A DNA stretch of 32,000 nucleotides from NCBI GenBank assembly GCA_028275885.1, contig JAPWTW010000004.1:30001-62000 (forward strand), in the 5' to 3' direction. The notes under the pieces are model-generated. The model was given only the letters and a program-made list of their open reading frames with translations, was not told where the DNA came from and ran no database searches. Shown piece by piece: positions 24,259-32,000 of this stretch; position 1 is the stretch's first letter; every line of letters begins with the position of its first letter. A program made the translations under genes and the position numbers. This DNA is from Candidatus Nanopusillus sp. Lineage in GTDB: Archaea; Nanobdellota; Nanobdellia; Nanobdellales; Nanobdellaceae.

Positions 24259-26061
24259 ATGGCATATGAGGTTTATATAGATAGTATTTTTGTTGGATAT
24301 GTTGATGATGCTAATAAGTTTATTGAAGAATTTAAGGAAAAAAGAAGAAAAGGTATTATTCCATATTTTGTAAATATATATTTTGATGAGACAAGAAATG
24401 TTATAGAAATATTAACAAGAAAAGGAAGGATTTTAAGGCCTTTAATTGTTGTAAAAGATGGTAAACCATTATTAACAAAGGAACATATTGAAAAATTAAA
24501 GAGAGGAGAAATAAAGTGGTCTGATTTAGAAAAGGAAGGTATAATTGAATGGGTTGATCCTGCTGAGGAAGAAAATTTAAATGTTGCATTGTATCCAGAA
24601 GACATAAAAGAAAATACAACTCATTTAGAGTTATCTTCATTAGTAATATTTAGTATAGCTACATCTTTAGTTCCATTTTCAAATAGAAACCAATCTGCAA
24701 GATTAAATAGAGGTGTTAGACCACAGAGACAGGCTCATGCTATATATTCATTAAACTTCCATAATAGATTTGATACTGATATATCGATATTATATTATCC
24801 TCAATACCCGATTACCAGAACATTTTCTTTTAATATATTTAAGGATGATTATGCAATAGGACAAAATGTAATTGTTGCTGTTATGACACAAGAAGGATAT
24901 AACATTGAAGATGCAATTATCATGAATAAAGGTTCAATAGATAGAGGATTATTTAGATCTGTATATTTTAGATCTTATGAAACAGAAAGATTAAGATATT
25001 CTGGGGGATTACAAGATGAAATTACAATTCCAGATCCATCTGTAGAATTATATAGGGGAAAAGATAAATATAAAAATTTAGAAGAAGATGGAATTGTTGC
25101 TGTCGAATCATTTGTAAAATCTGAAGAGGTCCTTGTTGGTAAAGTGTCACCTCCAAGATTTATTGGTTTAACTTCCGAATCTATTGCAACTGGTTTAAGA
25201 AAGAAAGATTCTTCATTAACTACTGGTAGTGGGGAAGAAGGATGGGTAGATAGGGTTATAATAACAGAATCTGCTGATGGAAATTTACTTGTTAGGATAA
25301 AATTAAGAGATTTGAGGATTCCAGAACTTGGAGATAAGTTTTCTGTAAGACATGGACAGAAAGGTGTTTTGGGAATTATTGTTGACCCATCAGATATGCC
25401 ATGGTCATCTTCAGGTCTTGTTCCTGATATAATATTTTCTCCTGCTGGAATTCCGTCAAGACAAACTGTTGGTTTATTATTAGAATTACTTGCTGGAAAG
25501 GTTGGAAGTTTAAATGGAAGATATGTTGATGGAACTCCATGGTATGGGGAAAGTGAAGAAGAATTAAGAAAGGAATTATTATCTTTGGGATTTAGAGAAG
25601 ATGGAACAGAAACATTATATAACCCTTTAACTGGAGATGAATTTAAAGTTAAAATATTTATTGGAAGTATTTATTATTTAAGATTAAAATATATGGCAAA
25701 GAATAAATTACAAGCAAGAGCAACAGGTCCCGTTACATTATTAACAAGACAACCAACAGAAGGTAAATCAAAGAAAGGTGGTTTGAGATTTAGTGAAATG
25801 GAACATGAAGTTCTTGCTGCTCATGGTGCTTCTATATTATTAAGAGAATTATTTTCTTCTGATGATACAACTATTTATGTTTGTGAAAAATGTGGTTCTC
25901 TCGCTGTTGAAGATAATATAAGAAATAGGGTTTATTGTCCTATTTGTGGTGAAACTGAAAAAATATCAAAAGTTAAAATTTCTTATGCATTCTACTTATT
26001 ATTAAATGAATTAATTTCTCTTGGAATTTGGCCTAGACTTAAGTTGAATTATAAGTTTTAA
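24259..26061 (+). CDS. rpoB1: DNA-directed RNA polymerase subunit B' (C-terminal half of split RpoB)
   Basis: GDKFSVRHGQKGV, GGLRFSEMEHEVLAAHGA, and the C-terminal zinc ribbon CEKCGS...CPICGE. Confidence 0.95.
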   Translation: MAYEVYIDSIFVGYVDDANKFIEEFKEKRRKGIIPYFVNIYFDETRNVIEILTRKGRILRPLIVVKDGKPLLTKEHIEKLKRGEIKWSDLEKEGIIEWVDPAEEENLNVALYPEDIKENTTHLELSSLVIFSIATSLVPFSNRNQSARLNRGVRPQRQAHAIYSLNFHNRFDTDISILYYPQYPITRTFSFNIFKDDYAIGQNVIVAVMTQEGYNIEDAIIMNKGSIDRGLFRSVYFRSYETERLRYSGGLQDEITIPDPSVELYRGKDKYKNLEEDGIVAVESFVKSEEVLVGKVSPPRFIGLTSESIATGLRKKDSSLTTGSGEEGWVDRVIITESADGNLLVRIKLRDLRIPELGDKFSVRHGQKGVLGIIVDPSDMPWSSSGLVPDIIFSPAGIPSRQTVGLLLELLAGKVGSLNGRYVDGTPWYGESEEELRKELLSLGFREDGTETLYNPLTGDEFKVKIFIGSIYYLRLKYMAKNKLQARATGPVTLLTRQPTEGKSKKGGLRFSEMEHEVLAAHGASILLRELFSSDDTTIYVCEKCGSLAVEDNIRNRVYCPICGETEKISKVKISYAFYLLLNELISLGIWPRLKLNYKF

Positions 26062-28733
26062 TGATGAATGACATATTTTTTAAGAGAATTTCTGAAATTC
26101 AATATTCTCTATTAAGTCCAGATGCAATAAGGAAAATGTCTGCAGCAAAAATAATTGTATCAGAATTATATGATGAAGATGGAACCCCAATAAGGGGTGG
26201 ATTGATGGATTTAAGATTGGGAGTAGTAGATCCAAGCTATGTATGTGAAACATGTGGAAAAACTGCAGGAAAATGTCTAGGTCATTTTGGTCATATTGAA
26301 TTGGCAAGACCAGTATTGCATCCAGAATTTTTACCAATTGTTAAAGAATTAGTAAATGCAGTTTGTCATAATTGTGGTCATGTAAAATTAACAAAAGAAG
26401 AAAGAGAATTTGCATTAAATAGAATAGAAAAGTATAGGAATGCAAGAAGATGGAATAGATTATATAAATTTATAGTTAAGTTTGTATATTCAAAAGCTAA
26501 AAAAAGGTCAAAATGTCCTATATGTGGATATGAAAATCCAAAAGTTGAATTTAAGAAGCCATTTTACTTTTATATTAAGAATAAAGAAAATGAAAGAAGG
26601 ATGTATCCTGTTGAAATTAGAGCAATATTTGAGAAAATACCAAATGAAGATTTACCATTAATTGGATTTGAACCATCACTTTCTAGACCAGAGTGGATGA
26701 TATTAACAGTTTTACCTGTACCTCCAGTAACAATGAGACCTTCAATAGTTTTAGAAACTGGTGAAAGAGCAGAAGATGATTTAACTCATAAATTAGTTGA
26801 TATTGTAAGAACAAATCAAAGATTAAAAGAAGATATAACTACGGGAGCTCCACAAGTTATTGTAGATGATATATATAATTTATTACAATACCATATATTT
26901 ACATATTTTAATAATACCTTACCATATGTTCCGAAAGCCCAACATAAATGGGGAAAACCTTTAAAATCGTTAGTTGAAAGAATATCTGGAAAAGAAGGAA
27001 TAATTAGGAGATATCTGCTTGGAAAAAGGATAAATTATAGTTCAAGAGCAGTTATTACTCCAGATACAAAGATAAAACCAAATGAGGTTGGAATACCATT
27101 ATATGTTGCAAAAACATTAACAGTTCCTGAAAGAGTTACTGAATGGAATATTGAAAAAATGAAGGAATATGTATTGAATGGACCTGAAAAATATCCAGGC
27201 GCAAATTATGTAATATCACCAGATGGAAGAAAAAGGGTAATTACTGAAGAAAATAAAGAAACACTTGCTTCAATGATTGCACCAGGATGGATTGTTGAAA
27301 GACATTTAATGGATGGGGATATTGTATTATTATTAAGATATCCTTCTTTACATAGATTATCAATGATGGGACATTATGTTAAAGTGCTTCCAGGAAATAC
27401 TTTTAGGATAAATCCAATAATATGTAAACCTTATAATGCAGATTTTGATGGAGATGAAATGAATATATTCTTACCAAGAAGTGAAGAGGCAAGGGCAGAG
27501 ACAGAATTTTTAGCAGAAATATCAAATAATTATATTACTCCAAGATATGGAGACTTTATTGTTGGTATGATTCAAGAAATGATAACAGGATTATATTTAA
27601 TAACACAAGATGATGTAAAGATACCAATTAATCAAGCAGCACAGTTAGTATATATGTCAAATGCTAATGATAAAGATTTAGATAAATTGTCTAATATTAT
27701 TAAAAAAGCAAAAGATGAAGGAAGGAATTATTTAACTGGAAAGGAAGTAGCTTCAGTATTTTTACCAGATGACTTCAACTTTGAAAATGATAAAATAAAG
27801 ATAGAGAATGGAATGATAGTTAGAGGATATTTAGATTCAAGTTTAATAAAAGCAGAAAAAGGTAGATTATTTGTTATATTATATAAATTATATGGAAAAG
27901 AATATGTAACGGATCTATTACAAAAGTATAGCTTACTAGGAATATATTATCAATATAATTTGGGAATTACAATGTCTATTTCAGATTTTGATTTACCAGA
28001 GGGGGCAAAAGAAGAAATAAAAAAGATAATAGATGATACTCAAAAGACAGTAGATAATTTATATAGGCAATATACTGAAGGAACTCTTGAAAGAATTGCT
28101 GGTAGAACTTTGCAGGAAACATATGAATTAAAATCTATACAAGTAATATCTGAAAGTGTTACAAAAATACAGGATGTTCTTAGAAAATATATGAAAAAGG
28201 ATACTGGTACATATATTATGTCTGTAACTGGTGCAAGAGGAGATTGGCAGGATGCTGTCAAGATGGCTGGGTCTTTAGGATTTCAAGCATTTAGAGGAAG
28301 ATTCATAGATTTTGGTTATAGAGGAAGGAATTTATCAATATTTGAGAAAAATATATATCATCCAAAATATCATGGTTGGGTAATAAGTTCTTTTAGAGAT
28401 GGATTAAAACCATGGGAAATGTTCTTCCATGCATTACCTGGTAGAGACTCTTTAATGGATACTGCAATAAGAACCGCTCAATCTGGATATTTCTATAGAA
28501 GATTAGTATTAAGTTTATATGATCTTCATGTAAATGATGATTTAACTGTTAGAGATGCTTATAATAAAATTATACAATTTGTTTATGGAGGAGATGGTGT
28601 TGCAGTACATAAATCAATAAATGGAAAATTAGATGTAAATTTACTGGCCCAAATTTTAAAACCTTATGTAGAAAATAATAAAGATGGAACTACCAGAAAA
28701 AATAAAAAAGGAACTAGAAAAAATAGAAGATGA
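26061..28733 (+). CDS. rpoA1: DNA-directed RNA polymerase subunit A'
   Basis: N-terminal zinc motif CETCGKTAGKCLGHFGHIEL and catalytic NADFDGDEMN. The start overlaps the last base of the rpoB' stop. Confidence 0.95.
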   Translation: MMNDIFFKRISEIQYSLLSPDAIRKMSAAKIIVSELYDEDGTPIRGGLMDLRLGVVDPSYVCETCGKTAGKCLGHFGHIELARPVLHPEFLPIVKELVNAVCHNCGHVKLTKEEREFALNRIEKYRNARRWNRLYKFIVKFVYSKAKKRSKCPICGYENPKVEFKKPFYFYIKNKENERRMYPVEIRAIFEKIPNEDLPLIGFEPSLSRPEWMILTVLPVPPVTMRPSIVLETGERAEDDLTHKLVDIVRTNQRLKEDITTGAPQVIVDDIYNLLQYHIFTYFNNTLPYVPKAQHKWGKPLKSLVERISGKEGIIRRYLLGKRINYSSRAVITPDTKIKPNEVGIPLYVAKTLTVPERVTEWNIEKMKEYVLNGPEKYPGANYVISPDGRKRVITEENKETLASMIAPGWIVERHLMDGDIVLLLRYPSLHRLSMMGHYVKVLPGNTFRINPIICKPYNADFDGDEMNIFLPRSEEARAETEFLAEISNNYITPRYGDFIVGMIQEMITGLYLITQDDVKIPINQAAQLVYMSNANDKDLDKLSNIIKKAKDEGRNYLTGKEVASVFLPDDFNFENDKIKIENGMIVRGYLDSSLIKAEKGRLFVILYKLYGKEYVTDLLQKYSLLGIYYQYNLGITMSISDFDLPEGAKEEIKKIIDDTQKTVDNLYRQYTEGTLERIAGRTLQETYELKSIQVISESVTKIQDVLRKYMKKDTGTYIMSVTGARGDWQDAVKMAGSLGFQAFRGRFIDFGYRGRNLSIFEKNIYHPKYHGWVISSFRDGLKPWEMFFHALPGRDSLMDTAIRTAQSGYFYRRLVLSLYDLHVNDDLTVRDAYNKIIQFVYGGDGVAVHKSINGKLDVNLLAQILKPYVENNKDGTTRKNKKGTRKNRR

Positions 28734-29778
28734 AAAATTAAGAAAAGTTGTAGAAGATTTTTCATATAAATTCATAGTAGATCCTGGTGAACCTGTTGGT
28801 ATAGTTACTGCTCAATCAATTGCAGAACCAACTACACAAATGATATTGAAATCTTTCCACTTTGTAGGTATATCTGCTCAGCAGGTTTCTTTAGGTTTAC
28901 CTAGAATTACTGAAATAACTGATGCAAAAAAGAAAATGAAAAGGAAATATATGATAATAAGGTTATTGGATGAGTATAAAAATGATCTAAATGTAGCTCA
29001 AGATGTTGCAAAAAGGATAAAGGAATTATTATTGGAGGATTTATTATCATCAATAACATTGGATGTATTTGAAAATAAGATAATAATTAGTTTAGATAAA
29101 GAAAAATTGAAAAAGGAAGAATTAACATTTGATGAAGTATTTAGAATATTAAAAAAGAAAATAAAGAAATATAAGGTTGAGAATGATAAACAAAAAATAT
29201 ATATAATTGCTCCTAAATTATCTGCAAGGGAGTTATATTTGCTTAAAGAAATGATAAAGAAAATATTAATAAAAGGGATAAAAGGAATTAAAGATATAAC
29301 TATACAGAAAGAAGGTAATGAATATGTAATATATACCGTTGGATCTAACTTATTAGAAGTTATGAAAATACCAGAAGTAGATTATACAAAAGTATATACA
29401 AATGATTTAAGAGAAATAGAAAAAGTACTTGGAATAGAAGCTACTAGGGCTGCAATATTACAAGAATTAGTTAAATTATATGAACAACAAGGTCTTAATG
29501 TAAATGTAAGACATTTTATGTTGGTAGCAGATATGTTGACATGGTATGGTATATATTTAGGTATAAATAGATATGGATTGCATGCAGAAAAAGAATCTAC
29601 ATTATCAAAAGCAGCATTTGAAACTCCAGTTTCTATATTTGTTAGATCTGCAATAATAGGGCAATCTGATAAAGTATTAAGTGGAATAGATAATTCTATA
29701 ATGAATCAACCAATATATTTAGGTACTGGTTTATATGATATATATTTTGTAGGAAATAAAAAGGAAGATAAGAAATAA
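28684..29778 (+). CDS. rpoA2: DNA-directed RNA polymerase subunit A''
   Basis: GEPVGIVTAQSIAEPTTQM trigger-loop block and the downstream conserved FETP region. Overlaps the rpoA' 3' end by 50 nt in another frame. Confidence 0.92.
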   Translation: MELPEKIKKELEKIEDEKLRKVVEDFSYKFIVDPGEPVGIVTAQSIAEPTTQMILKSFHFVGISAQQVSLGLPRITEITDAKKKMKRKYMIIRLLDEYKNDLNVAQDVAKRIKELLLEDLLSSITLDVFENKIIISLDKEKLKKEELTFDEVFRILKKKIKKYKVENDKQKIYIIAPKLSARELYLLKEMIKKILIKGIKGIKDITIQKEGNEYVIYTVGSNLLEVMKIPEVDYTKVYTNDLREIEKVLGIEATRAAILQELVKLYEQQGLNVNVRHFMLVADMLTWYGIYLGINRYGLHAEKESTLSKAAFETPVSIFVRSAIIGQSDKVLSGIDNSIMNQPIYLGTGLYDIYFVGNKKEDKK

Positions 29779-29804
29779 AAATATTTTTTATATAGATAAA
29801 TTTT

Positions 29805-30077
29805 ATGGTAACATTTGATGATTTAAGAAAGAAAATAGTTGATGAAAAAAGCATAATTATTGGGTATAATAGAACTTTAAAAATGATTAAAAGAGGAAAA
29901 GTTGAAAAAGTATTTTTAGCAAAAAATGTTCCTGAAAATATAAAAAAAGATATAGAATATTATCAGAAGTTAGGAAATTTTGAAGTAGAAGTACTGAATT
30001 ATTCAAATGAAGAAGTAGGTTTGTTATTGAAAAAGCCATTTAAAATTTCCGTTATATCTATATTAAAGAATGGCTAA
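29805..30077 (+). CDS. rpl30e: 50S ribosomal protein L30e (eL30)
   Basis: About 90-aa L7Ae/L30e-fold pattern ([34 protein letters not shown]) in the conserved position just after rpoA''. Confidence 0.8.
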   Translation: MVTFDDLRKKIVDEKSIIIGYNRTLKMIKRGKVEKVFLAKNVPENIKKDIEYYQKLGNFEVEVLNYSNEEVGLLLKKPFKISVISILKNG

Positions 30078-30498
30078 TGGATTATTTGCTGCTAAAAAAT
30101 TAATTGAAAATAGAAAAAAATTTAGATGGAGTAAGAAAGAATGGAAAAGAAGAATATTAAAATTAAAAGAGAAATACGATCCCTTGGAAGGAAGTCCAAT
30201 GGCATCGGGAATTGTATTGGAAAAAGTACAGATTGAAAAAAGACAACCATATTCTGGTATGATAAAATGTGTAAAAGTACAATTAAAGAAAAATGGGAAA
30301 ATTGTTACAGCCTTTGCCCCAGGTGATAAAGCAATAAAATATATTGATGAACATGATGAAGTATTAATAGTTGGAATAGGTGGACCTAAGGGAAGAACTA
30401 TAGGTTCAATACCCGGAGTAAGATATAAGGTAGTACTAGTAAATAGACAACCTTTAGAATTATTAAGAAAAGGTAAGATAGAAAAAGCTAGAAGATAG
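30070..30498 (+). CDS. rps12: 30S ribosomal protein S12 (uS12)
   Basis: [50 protein letters not shown]...IPGVRYKVV matches archaeal uS12. Confidence 0.93.
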   Translation: MANGLFAAKKLIENRKKFRWSKKEWKRRILKLKEKYDPLEGSPMASGIVLEKVQIEKRQPYSGMIKCVKVQLKKNGKIVTAFAPGDKAIKYIDEHDEVLIVGIGGPKGRTIGSIPGVRYKVVLVNRQPLELLRKGKIEKARR

Positions 30499-30503
30499 TT
30501 TTT
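30499..30503 (+). terminator. Oligo-T tract immediately after the rps12 stop (possible archaeal terminator)
   Basis: TTTTT directly follows the TAG stop, and a second T6 run lies at 30548-30553. Oligo-T is the usual archaeal termination signal, but such runs are frequent in this composition. Confidence 0.3.
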
Positions 30504-30566
30504 ACTGAATAATTTTCCATATAGAAAGGATAAGAAAATAGTTACTATTTTTTGATAACAGAAATA

Positions 30567-30575
30567 TTTATATAA
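30567..30575 (+). promoter_or_regulatory. Putative TATA box for the inserted membrane-protein gene
   Basis: TTTATATAA centred about 25 nt upstream of the ATG at 30596 (leaderless spacing). Confidence 0.3.
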
Positions 30576-30595
30576 TTTTATTACATAAAAAATAA

Positions 30596-31411
30596 ATGGT
30601 ATATAACTTATTGATATCTATAGGTTATTTTATTGGTTTTCTAATATTGGGTGGCATAGTAGGTTATTTTATTGGATGGATAGTATATAAAGTATTGAAC
30701 TGGCTATTTACAAAATATGTAAAAATAGCAAATGTATATGAAAAATTAAAATCAACATTTAGCAAATTGCCAGAGATAAATGTAGCAAGCTTATTATCAT
30801 ATTTAGTTGGAATAATATTAGGAATATTAGTATTTAATAATGTATTATCATTGATGCCATACTTATTAACATCAGCACTGTATTATTATGTATCTGATAT
30901 ATTCCAATGGACAATGATGATTTCTTCAGCATTATTATTAATATCAATAGTTGTATTAATAATAGCAGCTGGTGTAATTTTTTCTATATTCTTTACATCA
31001 TATCTATATATATTAATTGAAGGATATAATGAATATGTAGCAGAATTATTGAAACTATTACTATTTGTAGGATTTGTATGGATAATAATATATTATTCCT
31101 TAAAATTATTAGGATTCCAATATACATTATTTGATAATATAATAAGTGTATTTGTTGTATTATCAATTGGATTAATTGTAATGAAATATATAACAGAAAA
31201 TATAAGCGAAAATGCATATTATAAAAATGTAAAACCATTTATCCAAGTATTTATATATTCAATATTCGTTATATCATCATTATCAGTATTAACTGTTGGA
31301 TATTCAAACATTTCACCAAGTATAGAGAAAATATTTGCATGGGGCTTTGTAATATTATTTGTACTAACACTAATACCAATTTTAGTTAAGGCAATAAAAG
31401 AATCAGAATAA
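30596..31411 (+). CDS. Hypothetical polytopic membrane protein (about 7-8 TM)
   Basis: 271 codons of mostly hydrophobic helices. No recognised motif. Located between rps12 and rps7. Confidence 0.7.
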   Translation: MVYNLLISIGYFIGFLILGGIVGYFIGWIVYKVLNWLFTKYVKIANVYEKLKSTFSKLPEINVASLLSYLVGIILGILVFNNVLSLMPYLLTSALYYYVSDIFQWTMMISSALLLISIVVLIIAAGVIFSIFFTSYLYILIEGYNEYVAELLKLLLFVGFVWIIIYYSLKLLGFQYTLFDNIISVFVVLSIGLIVMKYITENISENAYYKNVKPFIQVFIYSIFVISSLSVLTVGYSNISPSIEKIFAWGFVILFVLTLIPILVKAIKESE

Positions 31412-31418
31412 TTTTTTT
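31412..31418 (+). terminator. Oligo-T tract (T7) immediately after the membrane-protein stop
   Basis: TTTTTTT directly follows the TAA stop at 31409-31411. Same composition caveat as above. Confidence 0.3.
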
Positions 31419-31442
31419 AATTTATCTTTAATATTATTTTTA

Positions 31443-32000
31443 ATGGTAAATAATATTGATGATTTAAAATTTCTTGGAAGATGGAAATATGAAATAGATG
31501 TAGAAGATGAAACCTTGAAAACATTTATGAATCTAAAGCCGTATATTGTTCCTAAGACAAATGGTAGATATCAAAATAGAAAATTTGGAAGAAAAAATAT
31601 ACCAATTATAGAAAGATTGATTGGCAGATTAATGACACCAGGTCATTATGGTAAAAAACATAAGTTTACATCATATTATGCTTCTGGAGAATATTACAAA
31701 GTATTAAAAATATTAATAAAAACATTTGAAATAATTGAAAAAGAAACAAAACAAAATCCAATAAAAGTATTGACAAAGGCAATAGAAAATGCTGCTCCAA
31801 GAGAAGAAATAACAAATATAGAAATGGGTGGTGCAAGATATCCAAAGGCAATAGATATTTCACCTTTAAGAAGAATTGATCTAGCTATAAGACATATTGT
31901 ATGGGGGGCATATCATAGTTCTAGAAATAAAAAAGATATGGCAAGTGCATTGGCAAAAGAAATAATAAATGCATATAAAAATTCAGTAGAATCATTTGCA
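31443..32000 (+). CDS. rps7: 30S ribosomal protein S7 (uS7), 5' portion (runs off the right edge)
   Basis: Own translation from the ATG at 31443: MVNNIDDLKFLGRWKYEIDVEDETLKTFMNLKPYIVPKTNGRYQNRKFGRKNIPIIERLIGRLMTPGHYGKKHKFTS...NPIKVLTKAIENAAPREEITNIEMGGARYPKAIDISPLRRIDLAIRHIVWGA... This matches archaeal uS7 blocks. 186 codons open to the window end. Not in the ORF track because it is truncated. Confidence 0.88.
   Translation, partial: MVNNIDDLKFLGRWKYEIDVEDETLKTFMNLKPYIVPKTNGRYQNRKFGRKNIPIIERLIGRLMTPGHYGKKHKFTSYYASGEYYKVLKILIKTFEIIEKETKQNPIKVLTKAIENAAPREEITNIEMGGARYPKAIDISPLRRIDLAIRHIVWGAYHSSRNKKDMASALAKEIINAYKNSVESFA

Noticed and set aside
26061-26095. AUGAUGA ... CUGA on the plus strand that could be a second C/D box sRNA
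   Set aside because: The boxes are only 24 nt apart with no internal D'/C' pair. The AUGAUGA is simply the rpoA' start (Met-Met-Asn). It is not GC-enriched like the 8176-8226 element.
31274-31286. Minus-strand CUGA-UA-AUGAUGA (D'/C'-like core)
   Set aside because: No C box about 12 nt upstream or D box about 12 nt downstream on that strand. It lies inside the membrane-protein ORF and is probably a chance match.
22131-31863. Short antisense ORFs 22131-22325, 23336-23674, 23929-24156, 24273-24605, 24401-24640, 26080-26337, 28040-28261, 30993-31238 and 31666-31863
   Set aside because: Each lies opposite a confidently identified gene (ATP-grasp, rpoB'', rpoB', rpoA', membrane ORF, rps7) and has a low-complexity translation.
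1-32000. CRISPR arrays, tandem or inverted repeats, transposases, integrases, toxin-antitoxin or known defence genes
   Set aside because: Reading through both strands I saw no periodic direct repeats, no terminal inverted repeats flanking any block, and no recombinase or nuclease signature motifs. The apparent repetitiveness is AT-rich low complexity.

Overview
Archaeal, very AT-rich (about a quarter G+C by eye, not computed) and extremely gene-dense DNA. Archaeal origin is supported by rpoH, split rpoB (B''/B') and rpoA (A'/A''), eS24/eS31/eL30 ribosomal proteins, a membrane-inserted LonB protease, a family-4 uracil-DNA glycosylase and a textbook C/D box sRNA. Frequent 4-nt start/stop overlaps, convergent genes overlapping at their 3' ends and the composition suggest a reduced-genome, possibly host-associated lineage (DPANN/Nanoarchaeota-like; inference only). 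Layout: 1-446 partial membrane ORF (-); lonB (+); a 1422-aa bipartite surface protein (+); rps24e-rps27ae-DUF192-like (+); coiled-coil ORF, C/D sRNA and udg (-); an arginase-fold ureohydrolase (+); an 11.4-kb, 12-gene minus-strand cluster (9694-21065); DUF371 plus RimK-like ATP-grasp (-); and rpoH-rpoB''-rpoB'-rpoA'-rpoA''-rpl30e-rps12-[membrane ORF]-rps7 (+). The 12-gene cluster is the most interesting part. It encodes a pilin-like first gene, a FlaJ/TadC (T2SS-F)-like polytopic platform candidate, four small N-terminally anchored proteins, a membrane-anchored papain-family (C1) cysteine peptidase, four large cysteine-rich anchored ectoproteins and a second cysteine-free polytopic membrane protein. 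No ATPase or prepilin peptidase is present in the window. I read it as a candidate undescribed cell-surface (possibly host-contact) apparatus; most components belong to no family I can recognise by eye. No rRNA, tRNA, CRISPR array, transposase or integrase was seen.
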